The notes below the pieces were generated by a model. It ran no database searches, had not been told where the DNA came from, and saw nothing but the letters and a program-made list of their open reading frames with translations. 64,000 nt of DNA from Vicugna vicugna. Its lineage: Eukaryota. Positions 45,284-57,800 of this stretch are shown piece after piece. The stretch is from positions 4,708,258 through 4,772,257 of the forward strand of contig MU060042.1 in the NCBI GenBank assembly GCA_013265495.1, written 5' to 3'. Position 1 is the stretch's first letter, and each line of letters opens with the position of its first letter. Both the position numbers and the translations under genes were made by a program.

Positions 45284-47726
45284 CCAGAAGGGAGGGAGAT
45301 ACGTCCCAAGAGGGCACGACTCAGTGGAAAGGACCCTGCCCCGGAGTCGGGAAGCCTCAGAGAGTGGCCAGCGGGAGGGAGTCCCCACTCCGCACGGGGC
45401 CAGCGGAGATCGTTTCAGGAGCACGTCCTCCCAGCCCTCCAGCCAGGCTGGGGCAGAGGCTGTGCTGACCACGCCCATGAGGTCCAAGAAGCCGGCGGGG
45501 CCAGGGGCCCGGGCTGAGCTGTGCTCGGAGCGGCCGCACCGTCCGCGATGCCCAGAGCTCCGGGTCCAGGTCGGCTGTGAGCTGACCCGATGACTTGGCC
45601 GGGCACTTCGTTTCTTCAAGAAAAAGACTCTGGACACAATCAGTCTTGGAGTTATTAAGGAAAAGAGCTGCAGGGAGAGTGAAAGGGCACTTTCCTTCCA
45701 TTTCACACATTTTAACGTACATTCTGACGACTCAAACGCGTTCACGATGACTTGGACCAAGTGTGCAAACCTCACTCCCTCGGACGGGGAAACCATTGCA
45801 GGGCAACGGTAAGTCATGAGGCTCAACAGAAATGTGTCATGAAGGTAAATGCCCCTGAGGCCCGTCTGCTGTCTCTCTGGGGGAAATGAGGGGGCTGGAT
45901 GGGGTGCTGCACTGATTCCCACAGGGATGGTGTGGGCTCCCACACCTGCTCTGCAACCCCTGGGATCTTTAAAAATCCAGCCTTTCCTGACAAGCTTTAA
46001 GCAAAGCTGCTGTATGCTGTCCAACACGCGGACAACTGGGCCCAAGGCTGGGGGCCAGGTCCCAACAAGGCACACGGAACTCATTCCTCGAGTGTCTCCT
46101 GGATGCTGGTGAGCAGGGGAAGAGCAGAGCGGAGCTCGATTTGAGTGTGCACACACGGGTACACATTCACAATGCACACAGGCAAGCACAGTCACGCACA
46201 TATGTCACAAGGAGCACATGTGTGTCTTGAGACCACCAGAGCCGTCCCTGGATCACAGCATCACCTGTGAGCAGAGCCACGAGTGAACCAGGGAGGCTGG
46301 AGGGGCTGGCGTGGCCGTGAGGACCAGCCCGGCCAGATGGAGCAGCCCAGGTCACCAAGAGAACCGCTGAGGGGCCAGGCGGCTGAGGGCCTCCCTGGGG
46401 CAGGGTCCCCGAAAACGGAAGCCCTTTTCAGCAGGAACAAAGGGCACCACAAAAAGGAAGTGTGGGCAGCACCACGCTCGGCAGGAACTTGGCGCAGACG
46501 GGGCGGGGTGCAGAGCTCCGAGGGCGGCGGGTGGAGGCAGGGCCGCAGGGGTCCCCTCACTGTAGATGAAGCCTCCACAGCAGGGAGCCCAGGGGAGCAG
46601 ACACGGCGGCGGGGAGCGGCGGGCAGATGCTGGAACCTGTGGCCGGTGCAGGGAGGTCCCTGGGGATACACCGCCGGGGGCAAACGCAGACCCTCCCTGG
46701 GTGGCTGGCAGATCCATCCTGGAGGCAGGAAGACGTCATCAAACCAGCAGGGATCTGAGCTCAGCCCACAGATCACTAGTCACGACGTGGCTGAATTCAA
46801 GCATGTGGAAACGAGGCACCTATAGATTTGGTGGGGGGAGTTCTTAATGAATTCATGACCTTTCAAAGTGCTGATTTCGAACTACACTCTCCTGTAAGCC
46901 TCACCCAAACGTTAGAATAGAAGCCTCTGAAAGCAGGTCAGTCCACGCATCTGGCGCGTCGCCTGGGCTTCGGCGAGAGCGGCATCCTGGTTCCCCGGCT
47001 CCCCGCCGGCGAGCCGTGCAGACGCGGGCCACACACACAGGGGCCACAACACACAGCCAGGCCTGCGCCGTGCAGAGACCTCAGCTGCGTGTGTTTTCTT
47101 TCTTTCACGAAGCCCTCGGGCACGGTTTGGGTCTGGGCTCCACCTGCTCTGAGGGATGAATGAACACCTACGGCCCCTCTCCTCTGGGCGTTTCTGTGTC
47201 TCCCCCCTGGGTCCCCAGCACAGAGCTCCCGGGTGTCTGTAATGAGTGGCAAACCCCCCACCAGCCCTGCGCAGGGAGAGCGGCTGCACAGAGTACTCTG
47301 ACCGGGAAGTGGAGGCCTCTGGAATCACCGCCCTCAGAGCCCGGCGGGCCCCAGGGCTCACGGCAGCACAGCGCCATGGAGAGAGGCCAGCAGGAGGCTC
47401 TGGACGGGGCCCGGGTGCACTTTTCTGGCTCTTCTTTACACGTGTCATGGAAGCAAATGAAGTTCAGCCTCAGAGATTTAAGACCCTGTGATGACTGCAT
47501 CACAGTCGCCCATGCAGAAGTGACACCTGGGGCCTCTGCTAGCTTCACGGACAAATGTGGCTTAAAAAAATGGTGTGAAAATCAGTCTGGGTTTTAATCT
47601 ACCTTCACGTTGAAATTTTCGTTAAGTTCCTAATCGTGCCCTTTATTCTGGTGTTGCTAAGCCTCTGTAAAAAACATCTATAGAAATGTATGTACACGTT
47701 GGTGTCAGGACTATTACATAATGTGG

Positions 47727-47810
47727 CTTTTTAAATTCTTATGTTTTATTGAAGTGTAGTCTGTTTACAGTGTTAGTCTCAGGTGCACAGCAAGCGATTC
47801 AGTTTCGTAA
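47727..47810 (-). mobile_element. LINE-1 extreme 3' end fragment
   Basis: TTTTATTGAAGTGTAGTCTGTTTACAGTGTTAGTCTCAGGTGCACAGCAAGCGATTCAG, the reverse complement of the same L1 tail seen at 45.2 kb. Confidence 0.75.
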
Positions 47811-50800
47811 CAGGGCTTTAACCGCGACGCTTCACTGCATTTCCAGGAAGGCTGTCTGCCCCGTCTGTGGCTGTGTCCCCTTCGCACCACGGTTCCCAGA
47901 CGCTGTCGGAAACGAGTAAGGCCAGCTTTTAACACCCGGTCTAAATCCTCCTCTCTTCAAAGAGAAGCCCTGACACACAGAGACAGCGACGGAGCAGAAG
48001 ATCGCCGCCTTCCTTCTCACAGCACCTCTCATGGAGCAGCACGGGGTGGTGCGCAGACGCAGAGCTGCACTCGGCCCGACAGGCATGTGACTTACCCTCT
48101 GTACTTCCAGGACACCAGCTGCAGCTGGTGACTACACTCCATAATCTCTAGCCAAGGTCATTACGTTTTCAGACACCTGACAGAATCAGGGGAAAAACCA
48201 CTCTCCCCCGCCCCCTCCCAAGAGAAACCCAGCTCCTAAAATGTGAAAATCATTTTTGTTTGTTTTATTAAGCTCCTGCTTTGTCTGGTCTTTGAAGGCA
48301 ACACAGTGAGCTGAATAAATCACGGCCCACGTTCTTCTGATTGGTGCAGAGCAGACGTGGGCAAAGGACTTCTGCAAAATTCAGGCTCTGCAGTGCGTCA
48401 GTTGGACGGTGACGACTGGGGCTGATGGAACCTGCCATCCGTGGACGCAACAAATACCCCGGCTGTGCGCTAGGCGGATGACGTGAGACCGGGAAAACCT
48501 ATTTTAAGTTTCCCAGGATGCACGTGCCTGGTGGAACACTGAACCCCTTATAAACCAGATGTTATCAAAACCAGAGAACAGAGCCATGGCTGTGAAACGC
48601 CCCGCAGGGAAGGTGGGCATCCTGGAAACTGGGTCAGGGGACCACCCCAGGCAGGAGCAGACGAAGATGATTTCTGACCAGGAATTGGGGGAAGAACCCA
48701 GAAGATTCCCAGACAGGCCACAAGGAGAGGCTCAAGGTCGCTGGGAGAGACCCGGAGAGGGAACTGGTTTAGGGCAGAGCCAACCTTCCAGCACCGTGTG
48801 AGTGACAAACAGCTCCTGTGGCCCCTCTGCTCCGCCAGGTACAGCCCTGGGCCTCCTGCGGGGGGTGGGGGTGGGGCCAAATGTCGTGCCCTGGGAAACC
48901 CGTCTGCGGACTCGGGGCTCTCCAATGACACGACACGCCCCCCTTCCCCCCACGGCAGGAGCTGCCTGGTCTGATCCGGGTGCGCCTGGAAAGGCATGGT
49001 GCCGCCTTCTGCACATCCTGGAGGGTCAGGGAATTTAAAACACTCAGTTGTGCGTCTGCTCTGTCTGGGAAGCCTGCCACACAGCTCTGGATTTTTTGCT
49101 TTCCTCGCAAGTTTAGCAAAAATGTTAGGTTCCAACTATACAGGAAGCCGGGTGAGGAATATAACCAGCCGTAAATATTCCCCGTCAGAGACGCCGGCGC
49201 TCCCGGAAGGAAAGAGAGTGTGATTCTCCAAACGGAGAGAGAACCAAGACTAAATGACAGGAGACCGTGTTGTCGGGACGGGACGGGACTTTGCACGAGT
49301 CAGTGTGTCAGTGAAACGGACAGAAACGCTGCAGCGCATCGCCGCGTGCGTTGCGGGCAGAGATGCCCAGGGAGGCCTGCGTTGCCCAGCCACGCGTCGG
49401 GCACCGCCCCCGCTTTCCCTGGGCAGCGGTCCCCTTACTTGGAGCACCTCAGACTACAGAGTCCTGGGCCTGGACTGCAAGGCTGTGCTGTGGTGTCCAG
49501 AGACGGGGGGCCAGGACTCTGCATTGGCTGGCAGAGCCCCGGGGGGACACTAGGCGTCACCCTCGTCCTGCAGCCTCGTGGGACGCAGGACGTGGGCTCT
49601 GGCCGCAGCAGACACTTGGGTTGGGCGCTGGTGTCCCCCTCCCAGAACCAGTCCCCCACCTAATCTGAACCGATTCGGGCAGGTGCTCAGACTCCGGCCG
49701 AGGTGAGCGCGAGCTGAGCTCTCCTCTGTCCCTGGTTAGGTGGGCGAATGATGGCAGGGAGGCCAAGGAGGCCCGTGCGTCTGCGAGGTCTTTGCCGGAG
49801 GAGCTGTCTTTGCACCCAGCTTTCTGCTCCTGCCCGCAGGGCTGCAGCGACAGACACCACCAACTGCAGGGAAGGCAGGATGCGGTCTGGGACGGAGCCC
49901 ACTTGGGGAGATCCTCTGTGGCCTGACACCCCCGAAGGCGGGGTTGACACTTGGGGGTGCTGCTATCAGTGGTGACCAGGCCAGCAGGGGCTCTCAGCCT
50001 ACTTAACACATCCAGGGTGAGGGTGATGTCTGCTGGGGGCAACTGGGCTCCCCTCCCTCCAACAAAACCTAACCCTCACCGCCTCCACCCTCCTACCCCG
50101 ACTCCCGAGAAACCAGGGGACGTTTACGTGCCGCCTAGAGGGGTCGTGCCTTGAAACCTACACCTCAGAAAACCAAATGACAACGAGGCATGTCCCGCTG
50201 GTGCCTCCACCTGCCGTCCAGCCACGACTTAGAGGAAGTCTCGGTCCAGCCGGGGAGCTGGTGGCCGAGGGGACGGGCACACCCTGGGCCCCCCCGAGCT
50301 GCAGCCCTCACCAGCTGGGACTTCGGGCCACCGCAGAACCCCGGGTGCCCCCGCCGTCGTCTGCAGGGTCCTCACGGCAGGGGCGTGGCCTGGTGCTCCT
50401 TGGCGTGGCTCAGAGCCGCCGTCGGATGGTCAGCGCCGCGTGCTGGCCACCGATCAGAGCAAAACCCAGCACAAAAGGCCGTCCAGTCGACTGCCTCACG
50501 CCGGGGGCTCCGGCACCCGTCTCTGTTCTCTAGGTGGTTCTGACACAGGGGAGACAGGGACCGAATCCAAGCCTAACTGCCACGCAGACGAAATCAGCAT
50601 GATGTTAAAAACTAGCGCGTTCAGTGAAACAGCCCTTTCTGCGTTTTAAAATCTACAACACGTACCAAAGAGGAACATCGCATCCTCAAGAAAAGCCGCC
50701 AAGGGGCTCTGAGCAGAAACTCATTTCCTGTCAAAGGCTGCGGCTTCAGGCCTCAGAGGAGCTCTTTCCCACACTGGAGGGCGTTGCCCTCTCGTCTCCA

Positions 50801-51654
50801 GCTCTCAGCCCCGACCCCTCTGCACAACCAGCACTGGTTTTGGCATGGCGTGGTGTGGCGCACCGCCTTGACGAGAAATGCATCTGTTTTTTGTATTTTC
50901 ACATCTATTCTTTCCTTTAAAAATGAGCTCTTCTTAAAGCAAAAGCCCCTGATGTCTGATTGTTCCCCAGAGTGTGTGGCCCACGTGGGTACGAGGCCTG
51001 GTGCTGGCTGGGGGTCAGGAGGGTGGCCTGCTGTCCCTCCCACCCAGGGGACAGTGACTTAAGAAGGCATGGTCTGGGACAGTGCAGGACACCTGGCTTT
51101 GGGCACGTGCTCTGAGACCTCAGGAGCACAGGGTGAGTGTCACCAGCCGTCACAGGGGTCACTGGACAGAGCAGAGGACGCACTGGACCTCACACACAAG
51201 ACCCCCCAGGTCTGCTGACTGCTGAGAACCCCCATTTCCTTGGGGTAATAAGACGAGGATGTTGCTCAGTTCAGAGGGTCCTCAAGGGATGGAGAGGAAA
51301 TAGGCATCTCTGGGGAGCAGGGGAGCCTCTGCCTCCTGGGAGGACGTCTGACCCCAGGGTGCCTGTGGGGCCCTGGCGGGACACCATTATTTCACTTTCT
51401 AGTGTTCTTTTAGAAGATAAGTCTGTGTGAGGGGTGGGAAGAGATAAGTTAGGCTTCTTTATGGGTTTTATATATGTCACATATATGTATACATATGTAT
51501 ATACACACGTATGAGACAACAGACATCATGCAGAAATAAACCCTCATGCTGAGGCGTTCAGAGCAGTAAATCTTAGGTAAAATTACACTTGGGGAAGGGG
51601 TTCGTTCCTACTTACAAGACGCTGCTCTAACACACAGCGCCGGCCAACCCCACG

Positions 51655-54040
51655 CTCCAGACATGCAAGGATGGTTCAATGCCAATTCGAACATGAATCG
51701 GTACAGCCCATCACACTAACAGGTTGAAGAAGGAAAATCACAGGAGCCTATCAACTGGCAGGAAACATCCATCACCCACTCACGATGCAACTTCGCAGCA
51801 AGTGAGGAATAGAGGGAGCACTCCCTCAACTTAATAAAGAACTTCGACAGAAACTCTACAGCTATATCATCCTTAGCGGTGAAAAAGCGAATGCTTTACC
51901 CCTTGGATCAGGAATAAGGCAAGGATGTCCACTCCTGCAACTCTTATTCAGCACAGCCCTCGGAGTTCTGTTGCAATAAGATAAGAAAAAGAAATAAAAC
52001 AGATAGAGGTTGGAAAGGAGAAATAACACTTCCTTATTTATAGATGGCATGATGGTCTGCATGGGTATCATGAGGAATCTACCCCAAACCTCCTAGACTT
52101 AGCAAGGGGGTTCAGCAAGGTTGCAGGACACAAGAGCGACACATGAAAGTCACGCATGTTTGTACATGCTAACTACAAACGTGTTGAAACATGACACCAT
52201 TTAAAATTACTCCAAATAAAATGAAATACTTAGGTATACCCTAATAAAACCCCACAGATTCAGAATCTATGTGCTTAAAATTACAAAACACTGATGAAAG
52301 AAACCAAAGAAGGTCTAAATAGAGACAACCTGTCATCATGGTGGGGAAGACACCACACAGGAAAACTGTTAATTCTCCCCAAGTCCCTCTGACTTGATGA
52401 AATTCCCATAAAAATTCCGAGGGTTCTGTAGACACAAACAAGCTTATTCTAAAACGTATGGAATGATGCAACAGCTGGAACAGCTGACAGCATTTCGATA
52501 AAGAAGAAAAAGTGGGAGGACTCACTCGGCCTGATGGTAAGGTTCACCCTCCAGCCACAGTGCTCAGGACAGTGTGGTCAAGGGAACAGTCAGGGAACCC
52601 AGAAACGGAGCCAGACAAGTATGTGAGCACGACCTTTGACAAAGATGCAAAAGCAGTCTGGTGGAGGAAGAGTCATCTTTTCAACAGACAGTCGGGGAGC
52701 AATGGGACAATCCCAGGTAGGAACAGAGACCAGTGAAAACCAAAAGCCCTCCACCGACACCTCTCACCTTCTACCAAAATTAACTCACAACAGACAACAG
52801 ACTTCAGTGTAAAACGCAGAAACACAAAACTTGTAGGAAAAGAAAAACAAAAAACAGGAGAAAAGCTTTCAGACTCAGGGTAGACCAAGGGATCTTGCAT
52901 CTCACACCTAAATCCCAGTCTATAAAAGGAAAACGTGAATAAACTGGATTTCATGGAACTGACAACCTCCTCTCTGCAGAAGACCCAGTGGAGAGGATGA
53001 AGGCAAGCTCGGTTGACAGGGTGACTGCAAACCGTCAGGACCCTCCTAGAACAGGGAGGAGCCGCCAAGACCAAACAATCCAACGAGAAAGTGGGCAAAG
53101 ACACAGACAGCTGGTCCCCGGGAGGAATGCAGAAGGCAGACGCACACGTGGAAAGACTGGCACCGTCGTCCCCGAGGGAAATGCAGACCAGAATCACGGG
53201 TGGTGTATCACTGCACACCTGTTAGAACAGCCCAGACAAAAAACAGTGACAGTGCCCCACGCTGTCACGGCCTTGGGGATGCTGGGTCACTCACAACTGG
53301 CTGGTGGGACGGAAAGCGGTGCAGTCGTTCTGGAGAAGAGTAGGGCGGTTCTTGTGAAACGGAACGTGCACTGACGGTGCCACTCAGCGATAGTGCTCTC
53401 GGGCACTCATCCCAGAGCAGTGACAGCTGGGTTTACACAAAAACCTGGACATGGGTGATCACAGCAGCTTTACTCAAATAGCCCCAAACTGGAAACCCTC
53501 ACAGGGTGAATGGTTAACACCAAAAAACCACGAGGCAAGGGCCATCCATTCCGTGGAACACTACTCAGCGATAAAAAAAGAATGAGCTCCCGGCATCCTC
53601 AACAACTTGGAGAAACTTCAGGACAACAGCACTGAGTGAAAAAAGCCAATCAAAAAGGGCTGAATGTGGTCTAATTCCATTTAGAAAGCACTTCTGAAAT
53701 GAGGACGTTACAGAAAATGGGGAACTGACGGGTAGTTGCCAAGGGCCTGGTGGGGGGCAGTTGGCTGCCAGAGGGAGCCTGGGGTGGAACCCTCTTACCC
53801 ACTGTGGGCGGCCACATGGTTCTACACGCGTGACAGAATCACACAGAACGACACACACAGACACACAGGACGTGTAGACTGGTGAAATCTCGGTACGGCT
53901 GACGCGTTGTACCAGTGCTGGCTTCCTGGTTAGGAGACTGTACTATTGTCTTGCAAGATGTATGGAGGGTGTAAGAATCTCTCTGTATGATTTCCCACAA
54001 TTGCATATGAATCTACAATTATCTCAAAATTAAAAGTTTC
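51655..54040 (+). mobile_element. Ancient degraded LINE-1 (L1M-type): ORF2 RT remnant through the 3' end
   Basis: 51908-51970 translates SGIRQGCPLLQLLFSTALGVL (L1 [21 protein letters not shown]). 52034-52060 gives LFIDGMMVC (L1 LFADDMIVY, catalytic motif lost). There are many stops and frameshifts. The L1M-like 3' end is ...ATGAATCTACAATTATCTCAAAATTAAAAGTTT. Confidence 0.9.
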
Positions 54041-54129
54041 AGAAAATTGCTTCTGTGACCCACCTCTGCCCAGGCTCTCCCGGGTGGGAGCACTTGGGCG
54101 TACACTCACCAGGTCACCGGGACTGTCCA

Positions 54130-54540
54130 TCTTCAGCTCTTCTGGATTGTTCTCTGAAATGTCTGTTTACACTCCCACGCGCCATAATGTGAGTTCTCAC
54201 TTCTTCATATCTTCCCCGAGACTCGGTATAGTCAGAAGTTCAACATTTTTACCAGGATGATGGACATGAAAACTTGTCCCAGGTTAGACAGCTTTTCGTG
54301 TTTTATTAGCCCGTTCTCCTCCAGGCCTGCCTGTGCTTCCACAGCTTTCTCTGGTGGGTGGCTTGTGTTATGTTGCTGAATTCTACCGTGTTTCATACCT
54401 CCCACCAGAGTCTGTTTATCCGCATTCCCTCGGTAGCCACCTATTTCTTAACAACAGAGCCTCACACCTACTCAGTGGAGCTCTCAGAACCTGGATCCGT
54501 ATTTATGAATTTTTAAGAGTTATTGATTCTGAGATATTGC
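54130..54540 (-). mobile_element. Old L1M 3'-region fragment
   Basis: TTACACTCCCAC...TGTGAGTTCTCACTTCTTCATATCTTCCCC...CTCGGTATAGTCAG resembles the reverse-strand L1M 3' region. It is highly diverged. Confidence 0.45.
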
Positions 54541-54589
54541 TAAAAGCTTCAGAAGAGGCATCGGTGGTTACTCCTGGTCAGAATGAGAG

Positions 54590-54738
54590 GGTGATTCTAC
54601 CTCTGGACGTGGCTTCAGCTCACACCTGAGCGTTCCGGCCTCCTGTCTGGCTGGCCCCTCCAGCCCCAGTTCCCCGTGATGAGTCATTCATGTGTCTCTC
54701 CTACTGGTTCTGTTTCTCTGGCTGAACCCGATCTACAC
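54590..54738 (+). mobile_element. MLT2 (ERVL) LTR 3' fragment
   Basis: Ends CTACTGGTTCTGTTTCTCTGGCTGAACCCGATCTACA, matching the MLT2 terminus TTGGTTCTGTTTCTCTGGAGAACCCTGACTAATACA. Confidence 0.6.
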
Positions 54739-56539
54739 ACTCAGGAGGATTGAAATCTGCTCCATCAGCATCTCTGCTGAGTGGGACCATCAGGGTCTCC
54801 CTGTGGGTAACTTCTGCTGCGCTAAAACCAGCTCCTGGGGCCCCAAACTCAGGCTGACTTAAGCGTCCTGCAGTGGCTCTGATGGGCCAGTCAAAGTGTC
54901 CTTCTGCCTAAGGACAACGTACCAAAAACCATACTGAGGAATTAGCAAGCTGTCTTTCCTTCTTTGTGGACAACTTCACAGAGGAAGTTAAGGGGAGGAT
55001 GACTAACAGTGACCTGACAGCAGCCTCGTGGTCCAGTCATCCTGAAGAGGAAGCATGTTTTGTTGGGTGTGGCTACTCCTCAGCCATGGAATTTTTTAAA
55101 AATGCAGGGCAGCTCTGTGGGGTTTGCAAGGTGTCCTGTTCACCCTGCAGGGCAGCACCGAGGGGCTGGAGGCAGAGTCCCGGGATGGAGTTCTGTGCGC
55201 CTCTCGGCCTCAGTGTGCCTTGGTTTCTTAGTCACTACAAACGAGGGCACCTATAGGGTATTTCTATCAAAGGAGGATATCCCAGCGCACCGTGACTCTT
55301 TACGAGGTGATGTATCGCCCTCGGAAGACAGGCCAACACTTTGCAAGTGGTCAAAACACTGCCTGGGTGCCGGGACAGAGAAGGTACGGAGACAGGTGCG
55401 TGCATGGTGCCAAATATTTAAAGACGCGCAAGAGAAACTGAAAGTCAAACTACATAACCTCTAATTAACATTTAAAAATTCAGGATGAACTAGAGAAGTC
55501 ACAGAAGAGGCTGGTCTCCTCTCTTTTTCACTTTCGGCCGATGCCTTCCACCAGGGCACGCGGCCCGAGCCATCCCCGACCGAAACCAGGGCAGACAGAC
55601 TCAACGCCAAGCCACAGAACAAATAACTTTTCTGATAATGTTCTTATCTCTGGGCAGAAATGTGATACTTTAGAAAGAATTTGAAAGTGGATTTGAGCCA
55701 AATAGCTCTTGTTTAACCCTGAGTTAATAAAGGCAGTCATTTCCCAACACTGGGAACTGACATTTCATAATAATTTTTTTGCCAGGTTCCTTTCCTTCAG
55801 GTTTTGGTTTACCCCACTTTAAAAAATCCAATTGCCGAGGGGCGCCTCTCCAGGTTGGAAAAACACAGGTTTAGGCTGCGGCCCCTTTGCAGGTCATGGG
55901 CCAACCCTTCCCTGAGGAACTGCTCTGTCCCCAAACCCCATGTCCGTGGAGGCCTCCAGCACTCAGAGGTGGCCTGCCAGTGAGCAGGGGTGCAGGACTG
56001 AGCCCAATTCAGGGTGGTCCCTGACTTGTGGGCCACACTCTGTAAAATGCCCCCCTGAGCTGGAGGGAGGGGGGTGCTAAGGTCTCCAAAAGCCACAGAT
56101 CTTAAATAAGACATACTCTAAAGTTCCTTTCCTCTGAAAAACTCTTTCTAGCCTGGGTGTGGGTGTCCGTGGCCAGGATGGCTAGCAGCTCCCCCCCACC
56201 CCCAACCAGGTTCACACCCCTCCGCCCTCCCAACACATCCGGGCGATCCCACATGCCTTCCACGGACGCAGAGATAAAGCCAACACATGCTGCTGATTCT
56301 CACGTCGTCGCAACTGGGAAACGGAGAACCGGGAGCCAAGACGCCCCTACTTCCTACCCAGTCTTCCTGAGATCCCTAAAGAAACTTAGTTTTCCCTACC
56401 CCACTCCACCTTCTGGAACGGACAGAGAAAGTAGACCCTAAAAGAAACGACGCGGTGCCACCAGCATCCCACAGGGACCTAGAGCCACCTGGGCACCAGC
56501 AGAACCTGCAGGGCACATGGCACCCTCAGGGCCACCAAT

Positions 56540-57800
56540 CCTGGTGCCGGGCCCAGAGGGCCTCACGCCCGCCCGGGAGGGGCCCGCGCCGCCGGTCTCG
56601 GCGCCAGGCGCGCAGGTGGGCGCAGGTGGGCGCAGGCGGCGCGGCCCGAGTCGGAAAAGGCCTTGCGAAGGCGGAAGCCCGGCGAGTCGCCTGTCGCCGC
56701 CCTTGGCGCTTAGAGGGAAACTAGCTTTCGCGTGGGGGCGGGGGGCGGCAGGGGTCGTCTGCTCGGCTCCAGGTGTGTTCTTAAGTTGGCGGGGACCCCG
56801 CCTGCCCGAAAGCTCGCCACCAGCTCCGTCCCTGCACCGCCCAGAGCGGCCTCTTGACCTTTGTCACCTCCCACCCCTAAACTCCACCCGCACCCCCACC
56901 CGTGCTCTTCCAGCGACCCCTGTCCGGAGCCCACACCTGGACAGCCGTCGGGTGCAGCCCCGCCGCTCCGGACCGGGGTCCGGACCCGCGCCCACCCGGG
57001 CCGGGCTGCCACCTGCCGCCACCCGCGCCGCTGCCCAGGGGAGCCCCGCGCCCCGCGCCCCGCGGTCCCGCTCCCCGGGCGCAGACAAAGGCGCCGCCCG
57101 CTCCCCAGCGAGGCTCACCCACCGCGCTGCGCTCGCTGCTCCCAGGTCGAGGGGCGCCGCGGGGTCCAGGCCTCTTCCCCGCCGCCCGGGCCCCAAGCGC
57201 GGGCAGCGCGGGGTCCCGGGCGCCGCCTTCCGGGTCGGGGCCGCGGGCCGCCGGGGCCGCAGGCTCGTCCTCGCTGGTGCGCGGCGGCTGCAGCGGCGGC
57301 GACTGACGGCGGCTGTTCGGAGGGCAGGGCGCCCCGCCTCTCAGCCCCGCCTCCGGCAGCCGCGGGAGCCGAGCCCGCCCCGCCCGCCGCCGCCGGCCCG
57401 CAGCGCCGCGCGAGCTCCGGGCGCACGCGGCACCGCGCGCAGGGCCAGCGCCGGGAGGCGGGCCCGGGCTTCGGGGGGCAGGACCGCTGCTCGTTGCTCG
57501 CGGCTTAGCTTCCGAACTGCCCCCGCCCGAGCGCGCTGGGAGGGACCCGCGACAGCACCTGCTCCACGCCCCATTCCGCCGCGCGGACTCCCGGGGCCAG
57601 GGCGCGGCCGCCCGTCCCAGTCCGCGCCGCCGACCCCGGGTTCAGGGCTCGGCCCTCGGCAAAGCCTGGCCGCCTGAGAAACCAGGGGCGCCCTGCAGGC
57701 CCCCCGCACACAGGCAGGTGCTCCGATGGAGGGCACACGCGTCCCCCGGAGGCAGGCAAAGCGCGCACGGAACAGACCCGAAAACGCGCCGAAGGGGGAG
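56540..57800 (-). promoter_or_regulatory. MBP: CpG island, Golli (TSS1) promoter
   Basis: Very high GC and CpG density, several GC boxes (CCCCGCC at about 57333, 57346 and 57380), CCACGCCCC at about 57564, and no clear TATA box. Confidence 0.82.
57119..57304 (-). other. MBP: Probable non-coding Golli exon 1
   Basis: Sits at the centre of the strongest CpG island upstream of exon 2. There is an Inr-like TCAGTC (A at 57304), donor candidates GTGGGT (57122) and GTGAGC (57118), and no ATG in the segment. Boundaries are inferred without cDNA. Confidence 0.6.

Noticed and set aside
45248-46201. 317-aa minus-strand ORF
   Set aside because: Starts in a CA-rich repeat, ends in an L1 tail, and has no recognisable protein features or splice context.
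51655-54040. Possible intact reverse transcriptase gene
   Set aside because: The catalytic FADD motif has decayed to FIDG, with many stops, frameshifts and deletions. It is a dead L1.
56517-57677. 386-aa plus-strand ORF, and other long overlapping ORFs in the CpG island
   Set aside because: Low-complexity Pro/Arg/Ala/Gly sequence produced by the scarcity of stop codons in very GC-rich DNA. All frames are open and there is no recognisable domain.
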